Notes: generated by a model not told the origin, from the sequence alone. 64,000 nucleotides of DNA from an uncultured Nitrososphaerales archaeon (GCA_963713605.1 CAVQMO010000010.1:672001-736000); one strand, 5' to 3'; counted from the stretch's first letter, positions 31,359 to 42,535 are shown. Program-made: numbers and translations.

Positions 31359-33070
31359 ATGGAATTAATTCAAATAGCAAATCTTTCTAGTAAGAATACT
31401 GCCATTAAGAAAACGATTAGGTACACACAGAGCATTTGTCCAGATTGTAACATGATATTGGATGCAGAGGTTTTCGAAAGAGAAGGCAAGGTATACATGA
31501 CCAAAACCTGCCCGACTCATGGGGAGTGCGAAGAACTTTATTTTGGCTCCTACAAGATGTACCAAAAGTTTAGCACCTATTGGATGGACGGAAAAGGGGC
31601 ACATGCTCCAAATGTGATGGTCGATAAATGTGCTTGTCCCAATAATTGTGGACTTTGTACCAACCACTTATCTCATTCAGGACTTGCTAATATGATTGTC
31701 ACCAATAGATGTGACCTTACCTGTTGGTATTGTTTCTTTTACGTCAAGAAGGGGTTGGAAGGAGCGTATCTCTACGAACCTTCTCATGAACAAGTAAGAG
31801 CAATGATGAAGACTTTAAAGGCTGAACGACCTATCAGCTGGTAATTCTATACAGCTGACAGGGGGAGAGCCAATGCTCCGGGACGATATTACTGAGATAG
31901 TAAAGATCATTAAGGAAGAGGGAGTAGATCATGTCCAACTTAATACTAACGGCATAAAATTGGCATTGTCCCCTGAAACAATGCGCCAGGTTAGGGGAGC
32001 TGGTGTGAGTAATCTATATCTTTCTTTTGACGGAGTGACACCTAGGACTAATCCAAAGAATCACTGGGAGGTGCCGTATACTCTAGAATCTGCAAGAAAG
32101 TGTGGAATGACTGTTGTCTTTGTTCCAACTGTAATAAATTCAATAAATGACCATGAACTCGGAGGCATTATTAGGTATGCTCAAAAGAACATGGATGTGG
32201 TTCATGCCGTTAATTTCCAGCCAGTTTCATTAACTGGTCGAATGTCGAAGAAAGAACGAGAGAAATATAGAATAACTATTCCAGATTGCATCGAGAGGAT
32301 AGAAGAGCAGACTAATGGTGAAATCCCTTCAGATGGTTGGTTCCCGGTTCCATCATGCATGCCCATGACAAATGTCATTGAGGCATTTTCAAAGAAGCCG
32401 AAATACGAATTGTCCATACACTTTGCATGCGGAGCAGGAACTTATGTCTTTGAAGACAGTGAAACCAAGAACCTAGTGCCTCTCACTTCTTTCGTTGACA
32501 TTAAAGGTCTGCTAGAGTACTTTGAAGAGAAGGTTGACGAAATCAAGTCTGGCTCTAATAGGTATTGGAAAATGCTCGAAGTTTTAAGGAAGATAGGTCA
32601 ATTTGTTGACAAGAGCAAACAACCGAGAGGATTGGACTTGGCCAAGATGTTCTCCAGTATATTACTGAAACGGAACTTTGACTCGGTAGGTTCGTGGCAT
32701 GGCAGGTCTCTTTTCCTTGGAATGATGCATTTTCAGGATAAATACAATGAAGACTTGGAACGTCTGCAGAGATGTGACATACACTATCTGACACCGGATC
32801 TTAGGATAATACCTTTCTGTGCATTTAACGTAATACCTGAATGGTACAGGGACAGAATACAGAAGAAATACAGCATTCCGGTTGAAGATTGGGAAAAGGA
32901 ACACGGACAGACCCTCGAAGCCGGTCTTTACCGAGGAACAATGAGAAGAGGAAAATCACAAGCACAGATGGGTTGCGCAATGTCAGAGATGCATAAGGCC
33001 GGCAGCAGAGCTTTCAGCCGACGACGACCACAAGGGAGTAGAACTAAGAACGGGAATGGCTGGAGCCTAG
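31359..33070 (+). CDS. tes: Tetraether lipid (GDGT) synthase, radical SAM; frameshift near 31840 and probably near 33000
   Basis: N-terminal TQSICPDC...KTCPTHG, CPNNCGLCTNH, radical SAM motif NRCDLTCWYCF, QLTGGEP, NFQPVSLTGR, C-terminal RLQRCDIHY...IIPFCAFN. The track ORF ends at 33102. Confidence 0.88.
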
Positions 33071-33422
33071 CTCTTCGATACCCTCTTTATTGTCAAATTT
33101 AGTCATCATGTCATTATTTTATGAAGGTTAGTTTCGCCGAGACGTAGATCATTTCTAATAATGAATTCGCCTCAAAATTAAAGCAGTAAAGAGAATCTTC
33201 TCTATGATGTGATTCTTCAATACTAGATGACATTTAAATTATGTATAGTGCAATTATTCGTTGACAAACGATGACAAGGAAAACCTTCCGATATCAAATG
33301 TGACGAGGATCTTGAGTTTGGAGTTTGTCATTGCTTAAATTACTAAATATGTTGGATCCAAATCAATTCATATAACCTGTTCATAAACTTGATAAAGAGC
33401 TGAACCCATCTTATAATATGAA

Positions 33423-33954
33423 TTGGTTGTTATAGAAACTACTTCTTCTCTTGAGAGTTTTCGAAAGTTTATAATTGTTAGTACGTGTAGATCGTTTATT
33501 CCGGAAAGCTACCTCAAGGACTTTGAGGTATTTCCAGAAAGAGAAGAGGGTCCTGGAGCAATCTATATCGAAGCAGCAGATAAGGTAACATTGAAAAGAA
33601 TTAGAGAAATGACATTCGTGAATGCTAAAGAAATTCTGGGTATTATCTACTCATCAAAGAGTGGGAATACCAGACTGAAATGGAGACAAACAAGAAAGAA
33701 AATAGGTAAGGTGCAAGGAGATGCCTCGTCGAATGCGCTTGTAAATATGGTTGAGTCAGGAGTGTTAACCCAAGAGTGGGTAGACAACTACCTAAGGGCT
33801 TCTCATTCACGGAAAACCTCGCAAGATATTGATCAGACTTTGCAAACAGCTGACTGCAGATCCGACCACTCCTCATTCAACATCGTCAACTTCTCAAAGC
33901 CAGCCTCCCTCACCTTCATCTTCAACTCAATCTCCTACTTCCAATAGTCAGTAA
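33423..33954 (+). CDS. Hypothetical protein with Ser/Pro/Gln-rich tail
   Basis: Track ORF 33423-33947. The low-complexity tail reads PHSTSSTSQSQPPSPSSSTQSPTSNSQ* in an adjacent frame, suggesting an indel. Confidence 0.75.
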
Positions 33955-34005
33955 GTAGCTTACGATAGTACAATATCAACCCTCTTTGGTTGCGGAGACT
34001 GGCGT

Positions 34006-35097
34006 ATGATCGTCAAGGAAGTAAAGGGATCAGCAGGAAAGGCGTATTTTCTAGTTCCTCAAGACGCAGATGACCTATTCAGTATAAGAAGAATACTGTC
34101 ACGTGACGACCTAGTTGTAGCAAGTACCACTCGAATGATTAAACAAGAGAAAGAATATTCTCGCCCAGATAGAGGAGAGCGAATTAGTGTCAAAGTGTGG
34201 CTCCGCGTTGATAGTTTGGGATTCGACAAAATGGTTGACAGACTACGAATTAAGGGAATAATTTCCAATGCAAGCAGTGAACTCGTACCTAAAGGTTCTC
34301 ATCATTCACTAACTATTGGAATAGGGGACAACATTACCATTGAAAAGAAAAGGGACTGGCTACCGTACGAGAAAAATATTGTCCATAGGTTCTCCGATAC
34401 CTCACTCTATCTTCTTGTGGGTGTGGATCTTCAAGAATGCGCAGTAGCGAAATTGAGCGGAACACATCTGGGAATAGTCCCAAATATTTACTCCGGCCAA
34501 AGCGGAAAAAGATACCGCGTTCAGACCTCTAAGACTGCTGAACCCGAACAGTTCTTCGATGAAATATTTAAACTCATAAAATCACAGTTAAGCGTGGAAG
34601 ATGTTGATACAACTGATAAAGTGATCATTTTTGGGCCAGGGGAAACGAAAAAACGATTATATAACTTTCTTATACGAAAGGACAAGAACCTGGCAAATTT
34701 GGCCTCTGTTATCGAAGGAATAGATGTGGCAGGCGAAGACGGGATATTGTTATTCGTTCGTTCACCTAGGATGAAGGAAGTCATGGAAAACAGCAAGATC
34801 TCGACGGTCTTGTCATTGTTAGACGATATTATGATATTCGTAAGTAAGGGGGTGAATCGATTCGCCATGGGCTTCTCTGAGGTAGCAAAAGCTGCTTCTA
34901 TGCGTGCTGTAGAGTCAGTGATTTTCTCCAGCTCGATATTTGGAACTGTGGAGGAAAACGAGTTGGTTAAATTGCTAAATACGATAGAAAGTCAAGGTGC
35001 TTCAGCATTTGCTATAGACTCTTCCACGGACATTGGAATGAGAGTCTCGTCACTTGGAGGAATTGTTTCAGTTCTGCGATATCAAATTAGTACATGA
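34006..35097 (+). CDS. pelA: Pelota (Dom34) ribosome rescue factor
   Basis: PQDADDLFSI, DRLRIKG, GSHHSL, FGPGETK, SSLGGIVSVLRY. Confidence 0.9.
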   Translation: MIVKEVKGSAGKAYFLVPQDADDLFSIRRILSRDDLVVASTTRMIKQEKEYSRPDRGERISVKVWLRVDSLGFDKMVDRLRIKGIISNASSELVPKGSHHSLTIGIGDNITIEKKRDWLPYEKNIVHRFSDTSLYLLVGVDLQECAVAKLSGTHLGIVPNIYSGQSGKRYRVQTSKTAEPEQFFDEIFKLIKSQLSVEDVDTTDKVIIFGPGETKKRLYNFLIRKDKNLANLASVIEGIDVAGEDGILLFVRSPRMKEVMENSKISTVLSLLDDIMIFVSKGVNRFAMGFSEVAKAASMRAVESVIFSSSIFGTVEENELVKLLNTIESQGASAFAIDSSTDIGMRVSSLGGIVSVLRYQIST

Positions 35098-35193
35098 GAA
35101 CAGTATGAAACAGGGGGCATTTTGATTGACTCATTCTGATTAGGCTTAAGTGGCAACTATAGCGATAGAAATCCCTCAATCTTCTCTCAATAC

Positions 35194-35574
35194 TCATTGC
35201 GTTAATTGTTCTTTTCGTTTATCGCCCACAACGCTAATTGATGTAGACCCAATTAGCCACTTCAGATAAGGCTTGGATGCTTTATCTATATTTATTTCGA
35301 GGATTTCAGGAATGTCATACGGGTGCTGTTTTTCTAGTTTATTCATTAGCTCATTGGCTTTTTTTTTGGTTGTTTTGAACAACGCAATGAACTCTTCCTC
35401 CTCGTTTAGCTTATTCTCCCACCAATACAACGATCGCACCTTTGTGTAACTTACGCAGGCACATAATTTTGCATTCACTATCATTTCATGTGCAATTTCG
35501 CGTAAAGATTTTTCATTTGCAAATGTCGAAATAATAATTCTAGCTCCTGTGGTCAAATTCTTGTTGCGAACCAT
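35194..35574 (-). CDS. cutA: Divalent-cation tolerance protein CutA
   Basis: KLCACVS, SLYWWE, FKTT, HPYDIPEI, YLKWL. Confidence 0.93.
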   Translation of the reverse strand: MVRNKNLTTGARIIISTFANEKSLREIAHEMIVNAKLCACVSYTKVRSLYWWENKLNEEEEFIALFKTTKKKANELMNKLEKQHPYDIPEILEINIDKASKPYLKWLIGSTSISVVGDKRKEQLTQ

Positions 35575-35778
35575 AACGATGCTTCTGAAAATAACGTAAT
35601 GTTATCTTATATAGGCTACTTTTTATTGATTTAAGTTATGAGATTTGTCAATATTAATAATTACCAGTCCATTCTGAATAGGTTAGCTAACTAAAGACTA
35701 ATCTTTTAGTCACTAATACCATGACTTCTTGCCTTAAGTATTAGATTCGAATCATGAATCTGTAGTCTATTCCCGAAA

Positions 35779-36300
35779 TTGAACCAAGGAAAGAAGAAGA
35801 TAAAGATTGAAATGGAAGACGAAGAAGGTGGCAAATATAACCTCTCTTTAGAAGGTAGTATTTCAAAAACAAAGATTCTAAAACTATATGAATTCATGAA
35901 TATGCTAGATGGGAAGACAAGGAATTACGAGGGAAGTAGTCGTGGAGAAGGTGATTACTATTCCGGTTCAAATGGCAGGTTGGATGAAAATCGGCCTGTT
36001 TCGGTAGGTGACAAGATCTGGAGCGTCGTTGCAAACAAGTTTAGTTCAAACGCTTTCACTTCATCGGATATTCAAGAAATGTTCGAAGCAGAGTATGTTG
36101 AGCCAATACAGTTGAGCATTATTTCCACGTATCTCTCGAGATATTCAGAGAAAGGAAAACTCACAAGGATAAAGAAAGGAAAAGAATGGGTGTATAGGCT
36201 GGGTAATAGGCTACCAAGTAATACTTTGTTTCGACGAGAGCAACCATTTGATGCAAGTGATTTGAACCACAATATTGCCAAATCTGCAGAAGTAAATTAG
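35779..36300 (+). CDS. Hypothetical protein with probable winged-helix C-terminal domain
   Basis: FTSSDIQEMFEAEY...LSIISTYLSRYSEKGKLTRIKKGKEWVY resembles a wHTH with wing. Confidence 0.72.
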   Translation: MNQGKKKIKIEMEDEEGGKYNLSLEGSISKTKILKLYEFMNMLDGKTRNYEGSSRGEGDYYSGSNGRLDENRPVSVGDKIWSVVANKFSSNAFTSSDIQEMFEAEYVEPIQLSIISTYLSRYSEKGKLTRIKKGKEWVYRLGNRLPSNTLFRREQPFDASDLNHNIAKSAEVN

Positions 36301-36550
36301 TTAGCTATCGAAGGGTAGCATGGAACAGGAATTGGCCCTAAGTTGAATGTCGATTACAATAAGTTATGTAGCTAACCAGCCTTTTATTCCACTTCCACTT
36401 TTCACACAAGTGGAATTCACGCATCTAAATTTTGTCAAAATCTCCACACAGCGACATTCTTTTCGCTATTTCGTAATTTAGCTAGTTCGTTTCAATTGTT
36501 TACAACTGAATCATAACCAATTGCGGATAGACTTCAATTTGCACCAACAA

Positions 36551-36600
36551 CATACAACTATACAATATACAATATACAATATACAATATACAACATACAA
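36551..36600. repeat. Tandem 7-mer repeat: (TATACAA)5 flanked by CATACAA
   Basis: Seen directly in the intergenic region. Confidence 0.9.
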
Positions 36601-36838
36601 CATGGAAAAATTCACCTTCTCCCCACACGTCGTTCTCAATATCTACGACGATACATAACTCCCTCCTTTGCAGGAGGGGGGATATGTGTATCAAATAATG
36701 TAAAAAGTGGAGGCCTATTTGAAAATTAGCTTCAGATAACATTAGCATGACATGATCCGAGAACGACTCGTGACATGTTCATTGCAATATTCACCCCCCC
36801 ATATACTTTTTATTCACATTAGTTATCTGAGAATCATA

Positions 36839-37300
36839 ATGTCCGATTCCAGCCAACTTCTTGTTAGAAGAATCAAAGAGGGGACGGTCATCGATCATAT
36901 CGAATCCGGAAAAGCATTAACTGTCCTGCGAATATTGAATATCATGGGTACAGAAGGCAACGTAATTACAGTTGCATTAAATGTGCCAAGCAGTAAGCAC
37001 GCTAAAAAAGACATCATTAAAGTTGAAGATAGGTTTCTAAAAAAGGACGAAACTGACAAACTCGCACTTATTGCTCCAACTGCCACAATTAATATCATAA
37101 GCGATTACAAAGTGGTGGAAAAGAGAAGAATACAACTTCCTGACGCAATCATTGGAATATTTCGGTGTCCGAATCTTAAATGCGTAACCAATAGCGATGA
37201 CTACATTAGGCCGTCGATTGACATTATAGATAAACAGAATATTGTCCTAAAATGCAGATATTGCGCTCGAGTGGTTGGTATCAATGAACTCTTATCTTGA
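36839..37300 (+). CDS. pyrI: Aspartate carbamoyltransferase regulatory chain
   Basis: IKEGTVIDHI, KKDIIKVE, APTATINII, CPNLKCVTN, KCRYC. Start taken at MSDSS. Confidence 0.95.
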   Translation: MSDSSQLLVRRIKEGTVIDHIESGKALTVLRILNIMGTEGNVITVALNVPSSKHAKKDIIKVEDRFLKKDETDKLALIAPTATINIISDYKVVEKRRIQLPDAIIGIFRCPNLKCVTNSDDYIRPSIDIIDKQNIVLKCRYCARVVGINELLS

Positions 37301-37543
37301 GTTTCGCGGGTTATTCGTATGATGGGTTGTCAGGGATTCAGCCCCAGTTACATTACCCTAATATCAAAAAGCTTTACAAAAATAGGCAACCAGTATGCAT
37401 GACTTGGGTCATGTATTCAAAGGCAAATTATCTGCGATTGAAAATATCAAGAACGATACTCGGTTAAGGATAAATAAATGAAAGGAAAAAAGATGATCGG
37501 AAATAATAAAAAGTTCTGCTCAGTTATAAGAGCGTTTTTCCCG

Positions 37544-37804
37544 CTATTTATTCATCCTTAGGACATCTACTTGTCCACTGTGTAGCCAGTCCTTTAGCTC
37601 TTCGTGACTTGGCTTTGCGTCGTGTTTTCCTGCCAGATGGAGGTGCAGTAGTACATAATTAACCTGATTTAACAATGGTTTGTTATTTTCATCCCCTTTT
37701 CTAGTCTTTGTCTTCAAATCGGCCGGAACAGTGGCCCACCATTCCTCATAGGTCCTCTTTGCTCCACTCTTAGGTTGTTGACCAAATCCTTTTGGTAATG
37801 TCAT
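37544..37804 (-). CDS. Small soluble hypothetical protein beginning MTLPKGFG (same as AmoX)
   Basis: 86-aa ORF with a TATA-like TTAAAA about 28 nt upstream on the minus strand. Confidence 0.85.
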   Translation of the reverse strand: MTLPKGFGQQPKSGAKRTYEEWWATVPADLKTKTRKGDENNKPLLNQVNYVLLHLHLAGKHDAKPSHEELKDWLHSGQVDVLRMNK

Positions 37805-37996
37805 ATTGTGAATAATAATAAATCCTGGCTTTTTAAGCGTTTATGTCTGAACAGTAACTATGAATGGTATGAAATCACCCTTATTGGATTCAAAATCTGA
37901 TCACACCTCCACGCCAGGTAAGCTGCAATTGTCCTTCTACCCTAAAACGCTCGTGATACTTTTGGACCTCTCGGAAAAAAAATTATTCCAAACAAT

Positions 37997-38224
37997 CTAA
38001 TCCGACGTAACGAATTTTTTTGAGATCCGGTAACTTACTCCCATTCCAATAAAGAGAGTCAATAAACCAAGTGACGCTGTAATTAGTAAGTCTGCCTTAA
38101 CATAATAGTGCATCAAAAAAGTCACGAGTATTGCTGGGACTGCCATAATTAGTGCAATTAGGCTGCTTACTCCGAACAATCTTGTCTTGCTTAATGGAGT
38201 AGATTCATCATTCCCCCCTTTCAT
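37997..38224 (-). CDS. Small two-TM membrane protein
   Basis: Two hydrophobic helices ending in S.RISKK. Confidence 0.75.
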   Translation of the reverse strand: MKGGNDESTPLSKTRLFGVSSLIALIMAVPAILVTFLMHYYVKADLLITASLGLLTLFIGMGVSYRISKKFVTSD

Positions 38225-38449
38225 TATCTACAAATTCCTTCCTGCCCTTACCTGAGGATGAACATGTATTTGTTCATATCCATTAGTAGCCTGGATGTGT
38301 AAAGTCGAATACTACAATCTTTCTGATTGAAAAAAAAGGCTTTTGCTGCTAAATTGTCCTCACGCATATACCATCCATATTATTTTCTTAAACAAACTGA
38401 TGATGAAGCTGAAATAATTCTACGACCAATATTTATATTTCTTGGTTAA

Positions 38450-38731
38450 GTGAGAAATTATGATAAAAATTATATGCATTCCCCGCCCTCGAGGATTGTC
38501 TTTTCCTATAAGAATAGCAAGGTTATCTCCCCCGACGATTTAATAAAGTCGTTTTGGCTAAGCACGGCGATGGCCTTAGTTCTAGTTCTACCACCGCTAG
38601 CAATTTTTGTCGGGATAAACCACAACACGGAGGATATCCTCACTGCCTCACTCATAGGATTTGGAGTCCACTTTGTGATCCTAGCTTTCTCTGTTAGAAT
38701 TTGCTCACAGTTAGAGAGACTATTCAAGTAA
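38450..38731 (+). CDS. Small two-TM membrane protein, apparent paralogue of 37997-38224
   Basis: Same pattern: S...AL....P....(loop)D.L.AS..G...F....S.RI. Confidence 0.72.
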   Translation: MRNYDKNYMHSPPSRIVFSYKNSKVISPDDLIKSFWLSTAMALVLVLPPLAIFVGINHNTEDILTASLIGFGVHFVILAFSVRICSQLERLFK

Positions 38732-38879
38732 TGAGTACCTTAGAGGGTCATCCTACCTTACACCTGTCGAAGTTGAAGGGACCTTTAGTCTCAGTCTCAT
38801 TTTCCGTACTCATGAAGGGCTAGCTAAATGTTAAAATGCTAGTCACGGTACCAGTATTCACGGAGACTCTTGAGGTAAA

Positions 38880-39934
38880 ATGAGTTCTACTGTGAGTATG
38901 CCAAGTAAGATCTTTGGCACAGTGCTATCCCATGGATTAAGAGGACGCATGTTGTCTAAGAATGAGCTTCATACACTAGCCGAATCAAGGGATATAGATG
39001 AACTCGTTACAAGAATGAAGAACACCGTATATCTTGATGCACTAGCTAAGTTACCGAAGCCTTATACAGCAGAGAAAGCGGAGAGCGCACTTCGCGAGTA
39101 CCTCGTCAATGTCCATGCCAAGTTGGTAAATATCTCGGGGGGCTCAGGGATACTGTACACGTGTACTTTACAAAGTATATCACTTGGAATCTTAAATTGA
39201 TTTTAAAAGGAAAGGCCTTGGGCAAGTCATACGAGGAGCTCTTACCAAAAATTAATCTCCGAGCGGAAGAGTTAGTAGGGAGGCGAGATTTGATAGTAAA
39301 AGCATTAGTTGCCCAAGACTTTGACGAAGCAGTCTCTGTCCTGTCAGGTAGTGAATTCTTTGAACAGGCATCCAAAGCAGCTGCAGCTTATAAGGAGAAA
39401 AGGGACCTGAGGCTATTTGATATCTACCTAGACCATGTCTTCTACAAGACGCTCGATAAAGCCATGAAATCTGAGACACAGGATCCAGACATAAAGAGGG
39501 TGGTCTCAGTTGATATAGATTCGTATAACGTTTTAGCGGTGCTTAGAGGTAAGTATTGGAATTTGAGCCCTGCAGACATAAATGATTTAATTGTGACTAC
39601 TACTCCAAAGGTCACCAGAGAGACCCTACAAAAGCTCATGAACGCCGAAAAGATATCAGAGGCAGCTTCAGAGTTAGGGGATACAGTTTATAGGGAAATC
39701 ATTCCTCAGAACGTATCCGACGACATAGATATCATTATGCAATTAGAGGCAGGCTTTGAAGGGATAGGTTTGAAACGTGTTTTTAGTGCCTTTAGATCGG
39801 TTTTCAGCGTTGCCATCATGCTTGCAGCATTAAAGCTCATAATGATCGAAATAAGGAATCTTTCAGCGATTATTTCAGGTGTAGAGCAGAAAGTGTCCCA
39901 TGATCTTAATAGTCTCTCGACTTGTGACTCCTGA
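38880..39934 (+). CDS. atpC: A/V-type ATP synthase subunit C (d); frameshift near 39160
   Basis: LRGRMLS...LAESRDIDEL...TVY, WNLKLILKGK, LDHVFY, DIDSYNVLAVLRGK, EIRNLSAIISG. Confidence 0.88.
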
Positions 39935-40015
39935 CTGAGTCATCGTGGTCTACCATTAGGAACCCGAAGATTATCACGCTTAATTCGGTCTAATTGCACT
40001 ACTTTAGCCCTTCAC

Positions 40016-40612
40016 TCACTGGCGTAAATGAGTAAATAATGGGACGAGTGAATGAGTAAAGGGAATATTTTTTTCACTCTCTCGATTGAATCCCACCATC
40101 ACTACTCGGCCTAGCAAGGACTTGTGTAGATCTTTTACGATTTCCTGCTCTGTTAGTGGCCCATAAACCTGAAAGAAGTATTTCTCGTTATGAAACGAAA
40201 TATGTTGTATAATAGAGTCGGTGACAATAACTGGGTCTTTATAGAGTTTTTCTGATGCAGATCTTCCCTTCATTTCTACTGTAATCTGTAGCTGTCGTTT
40301 CAAGTATTTACTTCTGGTAAAATTGGAATCTATAGACAAAACATTCATTTTATACTGAGCAATAGCCTTGTCGAAATCGCGGACGGTCTTGCCACATAAT
40401 TGCAAAATCTGTGCTGTTTCTATCTCAGAAGATATCCCTTTCTGCTTCCCGAAAATGTAAAACAACCCGATGATCTCGTCTGCGGAGATATACGGAAATT
40501 CTTTTTCACCTGCCAAAAAAGCTTTAATTCTTTCGGGAAGATCTTCTGGAAAAAGTAGACCCATGTAAGAATTGGCAAATGCGGTCAACGTGTTCATTGA
40601 GTTTATTGGCAA
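40016..40612 (-). CDS. Hypothetical protein
   Basis: 198-aa ORF; no family recognised. Confidence 0.7.
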   Translation of the reverse strand: MPINSMNTLTAFANSYMGLLFPEDLPERIKAFLAGEKEFPYISADEIIGLFYIFGKQKGISSEIETAQILQLCGKTVRDFDKAIAQYKMNVLSIDSNFTRSKYLKRQLQITVEMKGRSASEKLYKDPVIVTDSIIQHISFHNEKYFFQVYGPLTEQEIVKDLHKSLLGRVVMVGFNRESEKNIPFTHSLVPLFTHLRQ

Positions 40613-40651
40613 ACACGTTTATACATTACCCTACATGATACAACTAGAATC

Positions 40652-40969
40652 ATGTCTGCAACAAGTCCACAGAACGCTACTGTTCATATCATTGTCCATG
40701 GAAGAATGGCCTTATTTGACAAAGTTAAAGATCTCCTGGGAAAGAGAGGATTTGATTTCCAGAAGATGAAGCTGGCAAGCCTGGAGGAAGCGGGCAAAAC
40801 AGGGGAATACGTTGCCATGCTGTGGCCTCCATGGGATCCTAAAGAACTCATCTTAAGTGAGATCACTAATTTGCCCGAACCATCCGATCAAAAGCAACCA
40901 GCGACTACAATGGCAATGGGTGCTTGGTCAACAGTTGGACAGAAAGAGATCTCTAGAATAGAGATTTGA
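40652..40969 (+). CDS. Hypothetical protein
   Basis: 105-aa ORF divergent from 40612, sharing an intergenic TTTATA box. Confidence 0.72.
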   Translation: MSATSPQNATVHIIVHGRMALFDKVKDLLGKRGFDFQKMKLASLEEAGKTGEYVAMLWPPWDPKELILSEITNLPEPSDQKQPATTMAMGAWSTVGQKEISRIEI

Positions 40970-41015
40970 AGTAGGGTTGAAACTTAGCCCGCAGTCATCC
41001 TCTACCTTGAGAGAG

Positions 41016-41819
41016 TTAGTCAAGCTTGGGTTGAATTGATGCTCTTCTGTAGCCGTGGCTGAAGTCTGGATCATATACCTTCGAAAATTGGTAACTTGTT
41101 GGTTTGACTACGTTACCAACAATAAATAACGCAGTCTTGGTTATGCGTGCTTTTTGAGTTTTGTCAGCAATATCTGCCAAATTCCCTGTAATAATGACCT
41201 CATCATCCCAAGTAGCTTTGTAAACGACTACCGCCGGAGTATTATCCGTATAAGCTCCTCCTTCCAACAACTGTTGGATTATTTGCTTAATCAGGTGAAC
41301 GCTCAGATAAAAGGCCATAGTTGAACCATGTGATGCAAGTTGGGAAATTTTTTCTCTTTCAGGAACAGGAGTTCTGAGCTCTGCTCTAGTAATAATTACG
41401 GTCTGAGTATTCCCAGGTAATGTTAATTCCATGTTCAAAGATGCAGCAGCTCCTAAAAGGGAAGTAACTCCAGGAATCATTTTACAAGTTATTCCATCTG
41501 CTTGTAGCTTGTCAACCTGTTCTTTAGTAGCACCATAAATATTTGGATCTCCATCATGCAATCTCATAACAAGTTGACCTGCCCAAGAAGCGTCTCTCAT
41601 TATTTCATAAATTTTTTCTCTATCTATCAATGAGGCGTCATACAGCATTGCATTCTTTTTCGTACATTCAAGTAATTTTGGATTTAATAAGGAGCCTGAA
41701 TAGACAATCGTATCCGCCATCACCAGCAATTTTTTTGCCTTCACTGTAATAAGATCAGGATCCCCAGGACCTGAGCCGGCGAAGTAAACTACAGGTTGCC
41801 TTGCTTTTGGCTGACTCAT
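41016..41819 (-). CDS. cobM: Precorrin-4 C11-methyltransferase
   Basis: GSGPGDPDLITVK, YSGSLLN, RLHDGDP, ELTLPGNTQTVIITR, VVYKATW. Confidence 0.95.
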   Translation of the reverse strand: MSQPKARQPVVYFAGSGPGDPDLITVKAKKLLVMADTIVYSGSLLNPKLLECTKKNAMLYDASLIDREKIYEIMRDASWAGQLVMRLHDGDPNIYGATKEQVDKLQADGITCKMIPGVTSLLGAAASLNMELTLPGNTQTVIITRAELRTPVPEREKISQLASHGSTMAFYLSVHLIKQIIQQLLEGGAYTDNTPAVVVYKATWDDEVIITGNLADIADKTQKARITKTALFIVGNVVKPTSYQFSKVYDPDFSHGYRRASIQPKLD

Positions 41820-42535
41820 TTCTTTTTCACAACCATTATCGAAAAATACTTTTCTCCTGTCTCAGTTACTTGCTGTAATTCTCGAAGTTGAGAAGTCCTG
41901 ATTGTCTGCTCATCGACGGAGACGTTCTGAGCTATAGTTACCATCGAATCATTACTAAATCCGGCATGCGGCAACATGTGTATCACCTTGCCGAAATATC
42001 TTCCGTCTTTTAGAAAAATTACAGTATCACATGTACTTGCCGTATTCCTTACTCTCTCGATGTCATAGCATGCTGGAATAATGCCCACTGTCTGCTCACC
42101 TTCAGCCAGACTCAATTTCGCTTCGGCTGCAAAGGAGAACATAGAAGTAATACCTGGAATGATCTCGATCTCGATATCGGGAAAACTTTCTCTCAACTCC
42201 TTGAATACATAAGCCCATGTACTATACAGAGATGGATCCCCAACAGTGAGATAAACCACATTCTTTCCTGAATAGACAGATTCGGCGATCTCGGCGGCGT
42301 TCTTTTTCCAATAAACCACCAATGATTCTTTGTCCTTTTTCATCGGGAAAACCATGGTTCTGACGGTTTGGTGTTCTCTATCGATATATCTCTCAACCAC
42401 ACCAATAGCAATGCTTGGTTTTCCCTCCATTGAAGTCGGACCGAATATAATGTCCGCCAATTTTAATCTCTCTAAAGCCTTGATCGTAAGTAACTCTGGA
42501 TCTCCTGGCCCGCATCCAATACAAGAAAGCCTCAT
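41816..42535 (-). CDS. cobI: Precorrin-2 C20-methyltransferase
   Basis: GCGPGDPELLTIKA, FPMKKD, LTVGDPSLYST, IPGITS, YFSIMVV. Start taken at MRLSCIG. Confidence 0.93.
   Translation of the reverse strand: MRLSCIGCGPGDPELLTIKALERLKLADIIFGPTSMEGKPSIAIGVVERYIDREHQTVRTMVFPMKKDKESLVVYWKKNAAEIAESVYSGKNVVYLTVGDPSLYSTWAYVFKELRESFPDIEIEIIPGITSMFSFAAEAKLSLAEGEQTVGIIPACYDIERVRNTASTCDTVIFLKDGRYFGKVIHMLPHAGFSNDSMVTIAQNVSVDEQTIRTSQLRELQQVTETGEKYFSIMVVKKK

Noticed and set aside
36500..36748. 82-aa minus-strand ORF containing CILYIVYCILY
   Set aside because: A by-product of the TATACAA tandem repeat.
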